From a virus, in IMG/VR virus record IMGVR_UViG_3300023235_000015, positions 1 through 64,000 of that record: a stretch of 64,000 bases of DNA; one strand, 5' to 3'. Positions 44,582 to 54,489 of this stretch are shown here, piece by piece; positions within the stretch are counted from its first letter, which is position 1; each line of letters opens with the position of its first letter. The notes below the pieces were generated by a model. It made no database searches. It had not been told where the DNA came from and worked only from the letters and a program-made list of their open reading frames with translations. The translations under genes and the position numbers were made by a program.

Positions 44582-46450
44582 ATGGCTGATAGACAACAAA
44601 CAATGGCGGCATTAGGATTAGATGTAGATATCGTATCGCCATTAATTGAAAAAGCGTATAAGAATGAAGCTAAGGCTATCTTCGAGAAAGACTTATTTAG
44701 TTCCCCTCATGGAGAACATTGGGCTACTTGCTTAGCTGGCGAAACTGAAATAGTAACAAGAGGCGGGATAAAACAAATTAAAGATTGTTTGGGTATTGAA
44801 GAAATTCTTATACCTAAAAGAGGTAAGGGTAAATTTAAGAAGTGTGAAATAAGGAATTTTGGACCCAACTATCTTTATAGAATTGAATTAGTTAAGGGTA
44901 AGAGTAAAAAAACTGTTTATGCTACACACGATCACAGGTGGTATCTTAAGGATGATTCAGTTAGCTATACAGGGGTATTAAATATTGGAGATAAACTAAA
45001 ATCTATAAAATCTCAGAGCGTTGTAAATAATCATAAACTAATTAGATTTGCAGCGGCGCAAGGATTTGTTTTTGGCGACGGTACAACCGGGCTAAATTCT
45101 AGCCATCTTGACTTACATCATAATGGCAAAGATGAATGTATGCTTGACTATTTCATAGGTCACGATACTAGCTTATTAAGTAATCTTAGTGGAATGATTA
45201 TAACAAGAATTTTGGATTTGCCTGCTAATTGGAAAAACTTACCAGATATTTATGAATCTAGAAAATTTTTAATATCTTGGTTGGCTGGTTATTTTGCTGC
45301 TGATGGACACGTTTCTAAAACAGGTTCTATGAGATTAGTTTCTAGCGAATATGGAAATCTTGATTTCGTTAGAGCAGTCTTATCTATTTGTGGTATTTCA
45401 TATGGAAAAATTACGCAAAGGGAATCTGGAAAATATAAATGGCATGAATTGTCAATTGAAAATAAAAATATTCCAGATTGGTTTTTTATATTAGATAAAC
45501 ATAAAGATAGATCAGATAATTCAAAACGGGACACAAGAAAATTAGATTGGAAAGTATTAGATATACAACTAACAACTAGGTGTGAAGATGTTTATTGTGC
45601 TATTGTCCCTGAAGAAAATAGTTTTGCTTTATCTGGCGATCTATTGACTGGAAATTCTTTTCACGCTTCACAATTTCCCGGCGACGAGGAAACAGCTTGT
45701 GCTAGAAAAGCTATGTATGGGTTTATGAATATACCTGATACTAGTCCTGCCTCTCGCAAGCTAGTTACATCAGCCGAATCTGGTTTAGATTTAGAGGATC
45801 GTATTGTGTGGAGATTACACCGCGCCGGTATTTTACTATCTAATCCACCAGACGCAGATCATCAGACTAACTTTACTGATGAAAAGCATTGGCTTAGTGG
45901 TAACTCAGATGCAATCATAAAGATACCAAGATCAAACCGGCCCTATGCTTTGGAAATTAAGTCTAAGTATGGTAGGGTTATTGAAGAAATGCAAAGAGGG
46001 GATCGTGAACCTGATCCACAGCATGTAAATCAGCTAATGACGTATATTAGTCTAATTCATATGTATGGAAAAGAACACTGGCCCGATATGGATAAGTGTA
46101 TGGGTGGTTCATTACTATATGTAAGCCGTGACGATCCTTCTCAGACGTTTGAATTTAAATTGAAGTACAACCAAAAATGGCTAGATGAAGGTCTAGCTCG
46201 CTTAGAAAAGTGGCAGGGATATTTCTTAGATGAAACTATACCAGAACGACAAGAACACTTCATGTGGAGTAAAGGCGCTTGTCAGTATTGCCCGATGAAA
46301 CGCGAAGCCTGTAAAAAAGATTTCAAAGATGGTATTACAGATATGAATAAATCACATGGTATTGCTTATGCTAAAACAATACGTAAAAATTACGATTATA
46401 AGGAAACAAGAGAAGCCGTATTAGAACGGTGGATCAAGGACAGTAAATAA
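44582..46450 (+). CDS. Cas4/AddB-like PD-(D/E)XK exonuclease, intein-containing
   Basis: HASQ...CARK, SDAII..LEIKS, QLMTY and CQYCPMKREAC (Fe-S cysteines). Confidence 0.8.
   Translation: MADRQQTMAALGLDVDIVSPLIEKAYKNEAKAIFEKDLFSSPHGEHWATCLAGETEIVTRGGIKQIKDCLGIEEILIPKRGKGKFKKCEIRNFGPNYLYRIELVKGKSKKTVYATHDHRWYLKDDSVSYTGVLNIGDKLKSIKSQSVVNNHKLIRFAAAQGFVFGDGTTGLNSSHLDLHHNGKDECMLDYFIGHDTSLLSNLSGMIITRILDLPANWKNLPDIYESRKFLISWLAGYFAADGHVSKTGSMRLVSSEYGNLDFVRAVLSICGISYGKITQRESGKYKWHELSIENKNIPDWFFILDKHKDRSDNSKRDTRKLDWKVLDIQLTTRCEDVYCAIVPEENSFALSGDLLTGNSFHASQFPGDEETACARKAMYGFMNIPDTSPASRKLVTSAESGLDLEDRIVWRLHRAGILLSNPPDADHQTNFTDEKHWLSGNSDAIIKIPRSNRPYALEIKSKYGRVIEEMQRGDREPDPQHVNQLMTYISLIHMYGKEHWPDMDKCMGGSLLYVSRDDPSQTFEFKLKYNQKWLDEGLARLEKWQGYFLDETIPERQEHFMWSKGACQYCPMKREACKKDFKDGITDMNKSHGIAYAKTIRKNYDYKETREAVLERWIKDSK
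44729..45655 (+). mobile_element. intein (309 aa, LAGLIDADG)
   Basis: CLAGETEIVT...THDHRW...FVFGDG...LAGYFAADG...VYCAIV...LLTGN|S. Confidence 0.92.
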
Positions 46451-46609
46451 ATGAAGCAATACGAGATAGAAATAACCGCCGTAATCGCGGCAGAGGACAT
46501 TGACGAGGCCGCAGGACACGCCGACGAGCTTTGTGATATAATGGTCGCTCAGGGGCAAGCCGTGTCCGACGCATACTGGAACGAGCTACTAGCCGCAGTG
46601 GGCGACTAA
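46451..46609 (+). CDS. small hypothetical protein
   Basis: 52-aa ORF MKQYEIEITAVIAAEDIDEA..., below the track cutoff. Confidence 0.45.
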   Translation: MKQYEIEITAVIAAEDIDEAAGHADELCDIMVAQGQAVSDAYWNELLAAVGD

Positions 46610-46805
46610 TAGAGAGGAAAAATGGTGTATACTGAAGAACATTTAAGAGACACTTTTTGGAACGGAGTAAATACAAATATTCCGCAAGATGTAAAAGACA
46701 AAGGGCCAATAGCAGTTATCCGTTTCACAGATAACGAGTACAGAATTTGGTTTGAAGGAAAATTTCAAACTGAAAGCGAACTTAATGCCTTTAACTAACG
46801 AGCAA

Positions 46806-47135
46806 ATGAATGAAATAAGAGAAAACTGTATTGACCCAATGTGTACAAGAACGGGATTTGTTGGTAAAGACAGCATATGTATAAATATGCATTGTACTTA
46901 TTGTGGCGAACGCTGTAGCCCACAAGGACATTTTGAATGTCCTGTTAGGGAAAAAGAACAGGAGACTAAAATAATGACAACAGAGTTTGAAGAAGTAATA
47001 ATTACAGTTGATAAAAAAGAACTAGATTATCTTCGTAAACGTGATGCTGACCTTACTGAGTTAGAAAAAGAAAAAAAGAACGTAGACATTTTTTTAATTG
47101 AAAATTCAGAAAGGACAGTAGAACTAAGTGAGTAA
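46806..47135 (+). CDS. Cys-rich hypothetical protein (possible second start at 46974)
   Basis: C..P.C and HC.YCG..C motifs, internal SD GGAG. Confidence 0.45.
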   Translation: MNEIRENCIDPMCTRTGFVGKDSICINMHCTYCGERCSPQGHFECPVREKEQETKIMTTEFEEVIITVDKKELDYLRKRDADLTELEKEKKNVDIFLIENSERTVELSE

Positions 47136-47829
47136 AAATAAAGTAAAAGCAGCCGCAGCAATTATCAATGAGTGTAAGTCTAGAGGCTACTACGATAAGC
47201 CTATGCCATCTAAGGATGGAGATATTATTACACTCGCTGAACAGTTATTAGGGAGAGCAGAGTTAGCTTTAGAAAATGGCAGCACAAAGCCTGATGTTAA
47301 AGACATTGTATCAGTTGGCGCAGTATACAAACTATCAGATACATCTAGTGATGCTGATGAGTCACGATACGTAAGCCTTATTATGGAAGATGTAGATGGA
47401 CTACCAAATCCATTTCAGCCAACAGAAGAAGAAATACTTCCTTACGATCTTAGTACGCTAACTGTAAAAGAAATTATGCGATATACTGGTATTTATAACT
47501 CTTGCTTTGGGTACGCTAATCATAAGTATTCACTAGAGGAAGCTGGTTCAGCGGCAGCCAAAATTATTGCTGATGAGGCATATGACGAGTGGCTTGTAGG
47601 AGCGCCTAAGAAAGACGAAGAAACTAAGAAACCTAAGACCGCTAGACAACTAGAGGCAGAGGCTAACGTACAGGACGCTAGAGTAAAGAAGTGGCGTACC
47701 AAACAGAAGGAACATCTGACTAGGGCTAAGAGGTACAAGCGCCTAAAGGATATTTATTTCGAAAACTGTGAACGCCTATCAAGAGCTTTCACAGCTATAC
47801 AAGACGAACGCAAATACACAAGCGGATAA
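47128..47829 (+). CDS. coiled-coil protein, possibly UvsY-like recombination mediator
   Basis: Helical C-terminus (LEAEA..D.RV...RLSR..T) near recA. Confidence 0.4.
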   Translation: MSKNKVKAAAAIINECKSRGYYDKPMPSKDGDIITLAEQLLGRAELALENGSTKPDVKDIVSVGAVYKLSDTSSDADESRYVSLIMEDVDGLPNPFQPTEEEILPYDLSTLTVKEIMRYTGIYNSCFGYANHKYSLEEAGSAAAKIIADEAYDEWLVGAPKKDEETKKPKTARQLEAEANVQDARVKKWRTKQKEHLTRAKRYKRLKDIYFENCERLSRAFTAIQDERKYTSG

Positions 47830-48007
47830 AGGAAATATACAATGGCAAGTTACGGAGAAGGCAGTACAAACAAGGTTAAAGAAAATAAAGAAAAAAGTTT
47901 ACTATACAGTTTTATGGGGTTATTTTTAACAATTCCTATTTTGACAGGTATGCTAGGCAGTATTGTATGGTTTAATATTTTTATCTGGTCACAGATTTTC
48001 TAATTAG

Positions 48008-48322
48008 ATGAGTGTAAAACTAACACCCGAAAATTACAAAAGATACTATGAGTGGGATACACTACCTTACGAAATAAGAACAGTTACTATAGAAAAATTA
48101 AGCGACAGATTAAAATTAGATGAGCTTTTAGTTACAGAGTTAGAAAAAGTTATTAAAGCTGATCAGAACTGGTGGTGCCACGTAAGCGAAGAATTTGAAA
48201 AAGAAACTAAACAGTTTCTAACACACAGAGTAGCTGCTAGATCATGGGATGATTATTGGGCAGCAGCAATTGAAAAATCTATTGAAAAAATAGTAGAAAG
48301 CGCAGAATATGACAAGACTTGA
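48008..48322 (+). CDS. hypothetical protein
   Basis: ORF in operon. Confidence 0.5.
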   Translation: MSVKLTPENYKRYYEWDTLPYEIRTVTIEKLSDRLKLDELLVTELEKVIKADQNWWCHVSEEFEKETKQFLTHRVAARSWDDYWAAAIEKSIEKIVESAEYDKT

Positions 48323-48524
48323 ACTTAAAGTAGAAAATGTAGGAAGTATTATAGCAGACAAAGATGGCGAGCTTTGGACTGTACAGGTGTACAAAGATGG
48401 CATAGGAAATATGGGCGGCTGGACTGGCAGCGACTTACATATAGCTTGGAATGAAGCTCTAGCTAATCTAGATATAGACTTATATTATGAACTTACTACT
48501 AAAAAAGAACAGGATTACAGATGA
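48309..48524 (+). CDS. hypothetical protein
   Basis: ORF in operon. Confidence 0.45.
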   Translation: MTRLELKVENVGSIIADKDGELWTVQVYKDGIGNMGGWTGSDLHIAWNEALANLDIDLYYELTTKKEQDYR

Positions 48525-48636
48525 AATTAATTGGACTAGTATTTATTGTATTTGGAATTTTAGCATTTTTTATTACAACACCAATTGCCGCAGTATTAAC
48601 AGGAGCAGCATTGTTACTTTACGCTGAATTTGGATA

Positions 48637-49353
48637 ATGAAAATTGATTATTTGAATGACGGAATTTCAGGTGTAGAGCTAGTAAACGTAACAGGTACAG
48701 AGCTTGATATTGTTAACGCCGCCAGAGTGTCATTACATAAAGAGTCAAATTGGGAGCATTCCGATTCTAGTAAAGCTGGTGGAATTCTTGACGATAAAGA
48801 TAAAGGGCTAATCAATTTTCTTATGAAAAATAAGCATGGTACTCCATTTGAAATGGGATTCCAAGCCACGTTTAGATTACGTATGCCTATCTTTGTTGCG
48901 CGTGAACACGTTAGACACAGGATTGGACATAGTATTAATGAAGAAAGCGGAAGGTATGTAGAAATGCGCCCTGATTTTTATACTCCCGAAACTGTAAGAA
49001 CTCAACACGGTAAGCCGGGTGCTTATACATTTGTAGACACAAACGATCTAGTACTACAAGAAGAATTTAAAGCAGAGCTAGAATATCGAAGTAAAGAAAC
49101 TTACAAACTATACAAGTATTTTCTAGATGCTGGCGTAGCAAAAGAACAAGCAAGAATGTTTCTACCTCTGAATTTATATACAGAAATGTTGTGGACTTGT
49201 AACGCACGTTCACTAATGAATTACTTAGAGCTACGCGCTCACAAAGACGCTCAATTAGAAATTAGGTATCTAGCTGAAACGCTAGAAGCAATTTTTTCTA
49301 TATACATGCCTAACACTTGGGAAGCGTTTAACAAAGAAAGGATATCACCTTAA
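48637..49353 (+). CDS. thyX: FAD-dependent thymidylate synthase ThyX
   Basis: AARVS, HGTPFE, RHRIGHSINEESGRY and NARSLMNYLELR..DAQLEIR. Confidence 0.96.
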   Translation: MKIDYLNDGISGVELVNVTGTELDIVNAARVSLHKESNWEHSDSSKAGGILDDKDKGLINFLMKNKHGTPFEMGFQATFRLRMPIFVAREHVRHRIGHSINEESGRYVEMRPDFYTPETVRTQHGKPGAYTFVDTNDLVLQEEFKAELEYRSKETYKLYKYFLDAGVAKEQARMFLPLNLYTEMLWTCNARSLMNYLELRAHKDAQLEIRYLAETLEAIFSIYMPNTWEAFNKERISP

Positions 49354-50741
49354 TGAGTAGTCATATCAAGCTAGGAGATTGCGTAGAAAAAATGCGCCTT
49401 CTAGATGAAAATTCAGTTGACTCTGTAGTTTGTGATCCACCATATGGCCTTAAATTTATGGGCAAAGAGTTTGATAATATAGGCGAGGCCGCTGCTCAGA
49501 GAGAGTGGCATAAGACTTGGGCTATTGAAGCCCTTAGAGTACTAAAGCCGGGTGGTCATATGTTAGCCTTTGGCGGTTCAAGAACTTACCATCATCTAGC
49601 ATCTGCTATTGAGGAAGCAGGCTTTGAAATTCGTGACCAAATCATGTGGATTTACGGATCAGGATTTCCTAAGTCTACTAACATTACTAAGACCCTAGAT
49701 AAAAATGGTATTGATGGTAGCGAGTACGAGGGTTATGGTACTGCATTAAAGCCTGCCCATGAACCTATCGTGCTAGCCCGTAAGCCTTTCAAGGGTGCTA
49801 CATATAAGAATGTATTAGAACACGGGACCGGGGCGCTGAACATTGACGGGTGCCGGGTTGCAGGCACAAAGCCCGTAATGGTACGAACGGAAACGGTTGT
49901 GGCGGCAAACGCAATGGCGGGAGAATCAACCGGGGCGACCTCAACCGGCGAGACTACTACCGAGGGAAGATGGCCCGCCAATCTTATTTTAGGACATAAT
50001 GAAGATTGTGAACTTGTAGGTACAACAGAAGGTGAAGGGTACTCTATCAATACATTTGATAATGGCGCAAAACCATTTGGTGATGCTGTAGGTGAAGATT
50101 ATTCTACTAGCAAAAAAACAGAAGTAATTGAAGAATGGGAATGTACAGAAGGTTGCGCTATAAAGATTCTAGATGATCAGACTGGCGTAAGTAAATCACC
50201 ATCTACTTATGTTAGAAAAGAAGGGTCAAAACAAAATATTGGTCACACACCGGGTTCAGAAGGTGGTAATCAAACTGTCTCATTAAATTACGGAGATTCG
50301 GGCGGTGCCTCACGCTTCTTTTATTCAACTAAAGCCAATAAAAAAGAAAAAAATGCTGGCCTAACAAAAGAAGTAGAAAACGATAGGTTTCAGACTAGGG
50401 AATGTACCCAATGCGGCAAGAACGTTCCTTACGTTGGCTCCTGTGGCTGTCCTGACGCTGAGATTATAATGGTTGCCTCTAAGCCTACTAAGAACGTTCA
50501 TCCTACGGTAAAGCCAATAGACCTCATGCGGTATCTAGTACGCTTAGTTACCCCTAGAGGCGGGACAACTCTTGACCCATTCTTAGGTAGCGGCTCAACA
50601 GGGATCGCAGCACACCTAGAAGGATTTAATTTTATAGGTATTGAAAAAGATGAAGAATATTTAGAGCTAGCTAAAGAACGTATTGATTGGTGGGCGCAGT
50701 TTGAAGGCGAAACAAAACAAATTCTAAAGGACAATAAATAG
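49353..50741 (+). CDS. DNA adenine/N4-cytosine methyltransferase (beta class)
   Basis: DPPY, LKPAHEPI, GRWPAN, HPTVKP and DPFLGSGSTG motifs. Confidence 0.93.
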   Translation: MSSHIKLGDCVEKMRLLDENSVDSVVCDPPYGLKFMGKEFDNIGEAAAQREWHKTWAIEALRVLKPGGHMLAFGGSRTYHHLASAIEEAGFEIRDQIMWIYGSGFPKSTNITKTLDKNGIDGSEYEGYGTALKPAHEPIVLARKPFKGATYKNVLEHGTGALNIDGCRVAGTKPVMVRTETVVAANAMAGESTGATSTGETTTEGRWPANLILGHNEDCELVGTTEGEGYSINTFDNGAKPFGDAVGEDYSTSKKTEVIEEWECTEGCAIKILDDQTGVSKSPSTYVRKEGSKQNIGHTPGSEGGNQTVSLNYGDSGGASRFFYSTKANKKEKNAGLTKEVENDRFQTRECTQCGKNVPYVGSCGCPDAEIIMVASKPTKNVHPTVKPIDLMRYLVRLVTPRGGTTLDPFLGSGSTGIAAHLEGFNFIGIEKDEEYLELAKERIDWWAQFEGETKQILKDNK

Positions 50742-51683
50742 ATGTATATGTTAGATTTATTTTCTGGAGTTGGTGGATGGGATGTTGCCGCTAATCAGAT
50801 ATCAGAGATTGACGATTTATTAGGTATAGAGCTAGAAAAGTATATGTGCGATACGCGCCAAAAGAATAACCTGCCAACAGTACAAGCAGAGGTTTCTTTA
50901 TTAGACCCTACTGATTACCCGTCAGATATTCTAGTGGCTAGTCCACCTTGTCAGGGCTTTTCTAAACAAGGGCATGGCAAGGGCAGACTAGATAAAAAAA
51001 TAGTGTATCAGTACGCAGATGATATTAATTCTGGTCTTGACACTAAGAATGAATTGTTCCCACAACTACAGGATAAGCGATCACTATTAGTTGTAGAGCC
51101 GCTAAGGTTTGTTTTAGAAGCTAAGCCTAAGTATGTAGCCTTTGAGCAAGTGCCATACGTTAAAGAGCTATGGGAGTACTTTGCTAAGATTATGAAGCAA
51201 CATGGGTACTCAACATGGGTAGGTAATTTAGAAGCAGAAGAATATGGATCGCCACAAACTCGTAAAAGAGCTATCTTAATGGCTAGCACAGAAAAAGATG
51301 TTGCGCCACCAACTAAGACTCATCAGCGTTTTCTAAAGTCAGAAATTAAGCGTGGCGACTTAGGTGTACTGCCTTGGGTATCATTAGAAGATAGATTCCC
51401 TGAGCGCAAAGGTTGGAGTTATCAAGCAGGCGCTAGGAAACGTTCAGCACTTAGAAAAAGTACGGAACCCGCACCCACTATAGCTTTTGGTTATGATTAT
51501 AATAATCACGGTTGGAGAATAGACGAACAGTTTGAAAAACTAACTGAAGCTGAAGGCTTAAAGTTTCAAGGCTTTCCAGATAATTTTCAGTTATGTGGAT
51601 CAAAGCATTCTAGGTATACACAAATAGGTAACGCTATTCCTGTAGAATTAGCTAAGTCTATATTAGAAGAATTGATTTTATGA
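50742..51683 (+). CDS. DNA cytosine-C5 methyltransferase
   Basis: DLFSGVGG, SPPCQGFS, EQV, PQTRKR, QGFP and QIGNA motifs. Confidence 0.93.
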   Translation: MYMLDLFSGVGGWDVAANQISEIDDLLGIELEKYMCDTRQKNNLPTVQAEVSLLDPTDYPSDILVASPPCQGFSKQGHGKGRLDKKIVYQYADDINSGLDTKNELFPQLQDKRSLLVVEPLRFVLEAKPKYVAFEQVPYVKELWEYFAKIMKQHGYSTWVGNLEAEEYGSPQTRKRAILMASTEKDVAPPTKTHQRFLKSEIKRGDLGVLPWVSLEDRFPERKGWSYQAGARKRSALRKSTEPAPTIAFGYDYNNHGWRIDEQFEKLTEAEGLKFQGFPDNFQLCGSKHSRYTQIGNAIPVELAKSILEELIL

Positions 51684-51707
51684 GCATATATGTCTATACT
51701 GTATATT

Positions 51708-52181
51708 ATGACATTAGTGCTAGGGTTAGACACTTCATCATCAAAAGCAGGAATTGCTTTACTTGATGATAAGTACAAACTAAAAAAACTTGACCTTTGG
51801 AAAAAGGACAAAAAAAAAGACCACTACGCAAATCTACTTGACTTCCACAATTACGTAGGGAAGTTTTTACCAGTAGATTTAGTAGTGGTTGAAAAAGTTT
51901 CAAAGAGCCGCAATCTTAATACTGTTAGACTATTAGCGTATTTTGAAGCGGCTTGTTTGCTTGCAGCACAAAAACATGGAATAGAAATTTTACACATTTC
52001 TCCTAAGACGGCCCGCAAAAATGGTTTTGGTAGTGGAAGTTTAAGTAAAGATGCTATTTATATGATGGCTAATAAAAAATACGGTCCATTATTAGAATAT
52101 GAAAAAGGTGGAAACGATCAATCAGATTCTCTATGTTTAGCAAGGGCAGGCGTACATTACTTGAAGGACAAAAATGGCTGA
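51708..52181 (+). CDS. ruvC: RuvC-like Holliday junction resolvase
   Basis: VLGLDTS, VVVEK, G.GS.SK and NDQSDS motifs. Confidence 0.85.
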   Translation: MTLVLGLDTSSSKAGIALLDDKYKLKKLDLWKKDKKKDHYANLLDFHNYVGKFLPVDLVVVEKVSKSRNLNTVRLLAYFEAACLLAAQKHGIEILHISPKTARKNGFGSGSLSKDAIYMMANKKYGPLLEYEKGGNDQSDSLCLARAGVHYLKDKNG

Positions 52182-52626
52182 AGATAAAAAAAGTTTAGTT
52201 CTTTCTGATGAAGAAAGAAAACGAAGATCAGATAGGGCTAAGGCTTTAGTTAAATCTGGAAAAATTGGTGGGCCTAATCATGGTCAGGGCAGAAAAAAGA
52301 AAGTAAAAGCTAATGAAAAAGTAGCACAAGAAGCCGCTCGCCATTCACAAAAAATTATTGATCGCTTACTAGATGTTATTGAAAATGGTAAAAATCTTGA
52401 AGCTCTAAACGCTATTTCTATGTGGCTAAAGATTGAAGCTGATGAAACTCACCGTCAATCTCATCAAGAAGTTTCCGAACTTGAAGGTAAGTCTAAGGAT
52501 GAGCTAATGAAATTTGTTATTGAAAAACTTATTGAGCAGCAATCTAGCGGCGATATAAAGATTCCTTTTGTTGATGGTACTGCTGTAGAAGTTACAGATG
52601 CTAAGGTAATAGAAAGTGTCAATTAA
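52174..52626 (+). CDS. putative terminase small subunit
   Basis: Basic, helical protein directly upstream of terL. Confidence 0.6.
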   Translation: MAEDKKSLVLSDEERKRRSDRAKALVKSGKIGGPNHGQGRKKKVKANEKVAQEAARHSQKIIDRLLDVIENGKNLEALNAISMWLKIEADETHRQSHQEVSELEGKSKDELMKFVIEKLIEQQSSGDIKIPFVDGTAVEVTDAKVIESVN

Positions 52627-54406
52627 CGAAAAGCAATTATTAAAGAAGCTTTCTGAAATGGACGAGGACGAGCTTATGGAAATGGCGCTCAACCTAGAGA
52701 AGCTTTCAAGTGGCCCTGTAGCCTCTCAGGAACGGCCACAGACGGACGATGAGCTACATGATTGGGTGCTTGCCGCTACTGGTGTTGACATTCCTAGAGT
52801 TGCTGCTACGCCAGACACAAACGCTCCTTTTGAATGGTTTAGCGATTTATTTTTTGAAAGAGAAAGGGCTGTATTAGTAGTAGCGTCTAGAGGTTCTGGT
52901 AAAAGTTTTCTTTCTGCTTTGTTTAACTTTACGATGTGTTACTGGTTTAAAGAAGCACAATGCATGAGTGTAGGTGCTATTGAAGAACAGGCTAAAAATG
53001 TATATAATCATGTTCGTACTTTTCAAGACATAGCCGCTGACAGATTGAAAGTAGTATTAGTAAAACAAGGACAGTCTCAGCAGTCTTTCACAAAGTATTC
53101 AAACAACTCTAGATATAAGATTGTAACTGGTTCTAAGAAAGCCGTAAACGGACCACACGATCCTGTAGTACATCGTGACGAAATTGAACTTATGGATAAA
53201 GAAGTTTACTTAGAATCTCTAAACATTGAAAAAGCTAAAGTAAATTCTGAGGGAGAACTTATTAATACTAGGACTCTGCTTACTTCTACTCGTAAGACTT
53301 CTCAGGGGTTGATGCAAGAGATTATTGATAATTGCTTACTAGCTGAGAAAGAAGGTAGACAAGCTCCATTCAAAATTTATTGGACAAACGTTTATGATGT
53401 TTCTGAGAATAGACCAGATTGTAGAGTAGCTTTTCCTGACCTACCAGAGAGCGAAAAATGTAACTGTAATGAAGTTACATCTGGTGAGTGGGAAAAGGGA
53501 AACCCTAGAACTTTTGAAGATGCTTGCGGAGGTAAGTTAGGTAAGGCGCAGGGCTTTTCACCTTTAGCTGACGCTCAAAGTATTTTTGAACGCTCTCCTA
53601 GATTCTTGTGGGAGGCGCAGCAGGAGAATAAACGACCTTACGTAGAGGATGTTTCTATACCAGAATTTTCTAAAGAAAGACACGGTATTAGAGATTACGC
53701 GCCACTACCTGAAAATGGTAGAATCTATAACGCAATTGACTTTGGTGGCCGACACCCATTTGGTATATCATACTTTCAAGTTTTAGATCATGATGTTTAC
53801 GCTACAAATCATGCTGGCGTAGAAATTTTATTACTTGAAGGAACTAAAGTAATGTTTAAAGAAATTTACAAAGGCGACATTGGTAATCAAGCCGCGTCAG
53901 AGCTAATAAAATCTTTTGAATCAGAAATGAAAGCAAAGTATGGAAACGATTGGAAAGTATGGCAAAGGTTTGGAGACAAGGCTGCTACAGCCGCTCGTAA
54001 AGACTTTGCTGAATGGGGATTGCCTACTCAATGGCCTGCTATTACAAGAGAGCGTGAGGCACATTTAGAGAGACTTAGAACTGTTATTCAAAATGATGAG
54101 TTTATGTATGATATAAAAACTTGTAAGATTTTTGAAGAACAATTATCTATATGGCATATTGATGGTAAAAAAACATTTGACGATATGGTTGATTCGGCTC
54201 TGTATAACAATACAAATATATATGCTATAGAAAAACAAGGGAAAGGTAAGAAAGGCCGTCCTGCTGTTAAGAAACGTGCTTATAACACTAGAAATGGCAA
54301 TGCATTTCATGATACAATGCATGGAGTAGGAATAAGAACACAAAGGAATGAGATAGGCGGAATGACCGCTAAGGGATTTTTAGATCAGGTTAGGCGTAGT
54401 AGATGA
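52616..54406 (+). CDS. terL: terminase large subunit
   Basis: ASRGSGKS Walker A, VHRDE Walker B, TST, nuclease AIDFG..HP and DDMVDS. Confidence 0.9.
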   Translation: MSINEKQLLKKLSEMDEDELMEMALNLEKLSSGPVASQERPQTDDELHDWVLAATGVDIPRVAATPDTNAPFEWFSDLFFERERAVLVVASRGSGKSFLSALFNFTMCYWFKEAQCMSVGAIEEQAKNVYNHVRTFQDIAADRLKVVLVKQGQSQQSFTKYSNNSRYKIVTGSKKAVNGPHDPVVHRDEIELMDKEVYLESLNIEKAKVNSEGELINTRTLLTSTRKTSQGLMQEIIDNCLLAEKEGRQAPFKIYWTNVYDVSENRPDCRVAFPDLPESEKCNCNEVTSGEWEKGNPRTFEDACGGKLGKAQGFSPLADAQSIFERSPRFLWEAQQENKRPYVEDVSIPEFSKERHGIRDYAPLPENGRIYNAIDFGGRHPFGISYFQVLDHDVYATNHAGVEILLLEGTKVMFKEIYKGDIGNQAASELIKSFESEMKAKYGNDWKVWQRFGDKAATAARKDFAEWGLPTQWPAITREREAHLERLRTVIQNDEFMYDIKTCKIFEEQLSIWHIDGKKTFDDMVDSALYNNTNIYAIEKQGKGKKGRPAVKKRAYNTRNGNAFHDTMHGVGIRTQRNEIGGMTAKGFLDQVRRSR

Positions 54407-54489
54407 ACTTAGAAGCTAAATTAGCAGAAATATTTGGAGTTAAGCAAAACACTATATCGTATATAATCAATGGGATTAATTGGAAATAA
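54403..54489 (+). pseudogene. 28-aa HTH remnant of an HNH endonuclease C-terminus
   Basis: MNLEAKLAEIFGVKQNTISYIINGINWK, coupled to terL (ATGA) and portal (TAATG). Confidence 0.5.

Noticed and set aside
44582-46450. Cas4-like gene as part of a CRISPR system
   Set aside because: No cas1/cas2 or array. It sits next to recA as a solo phage recombination exonuclease.
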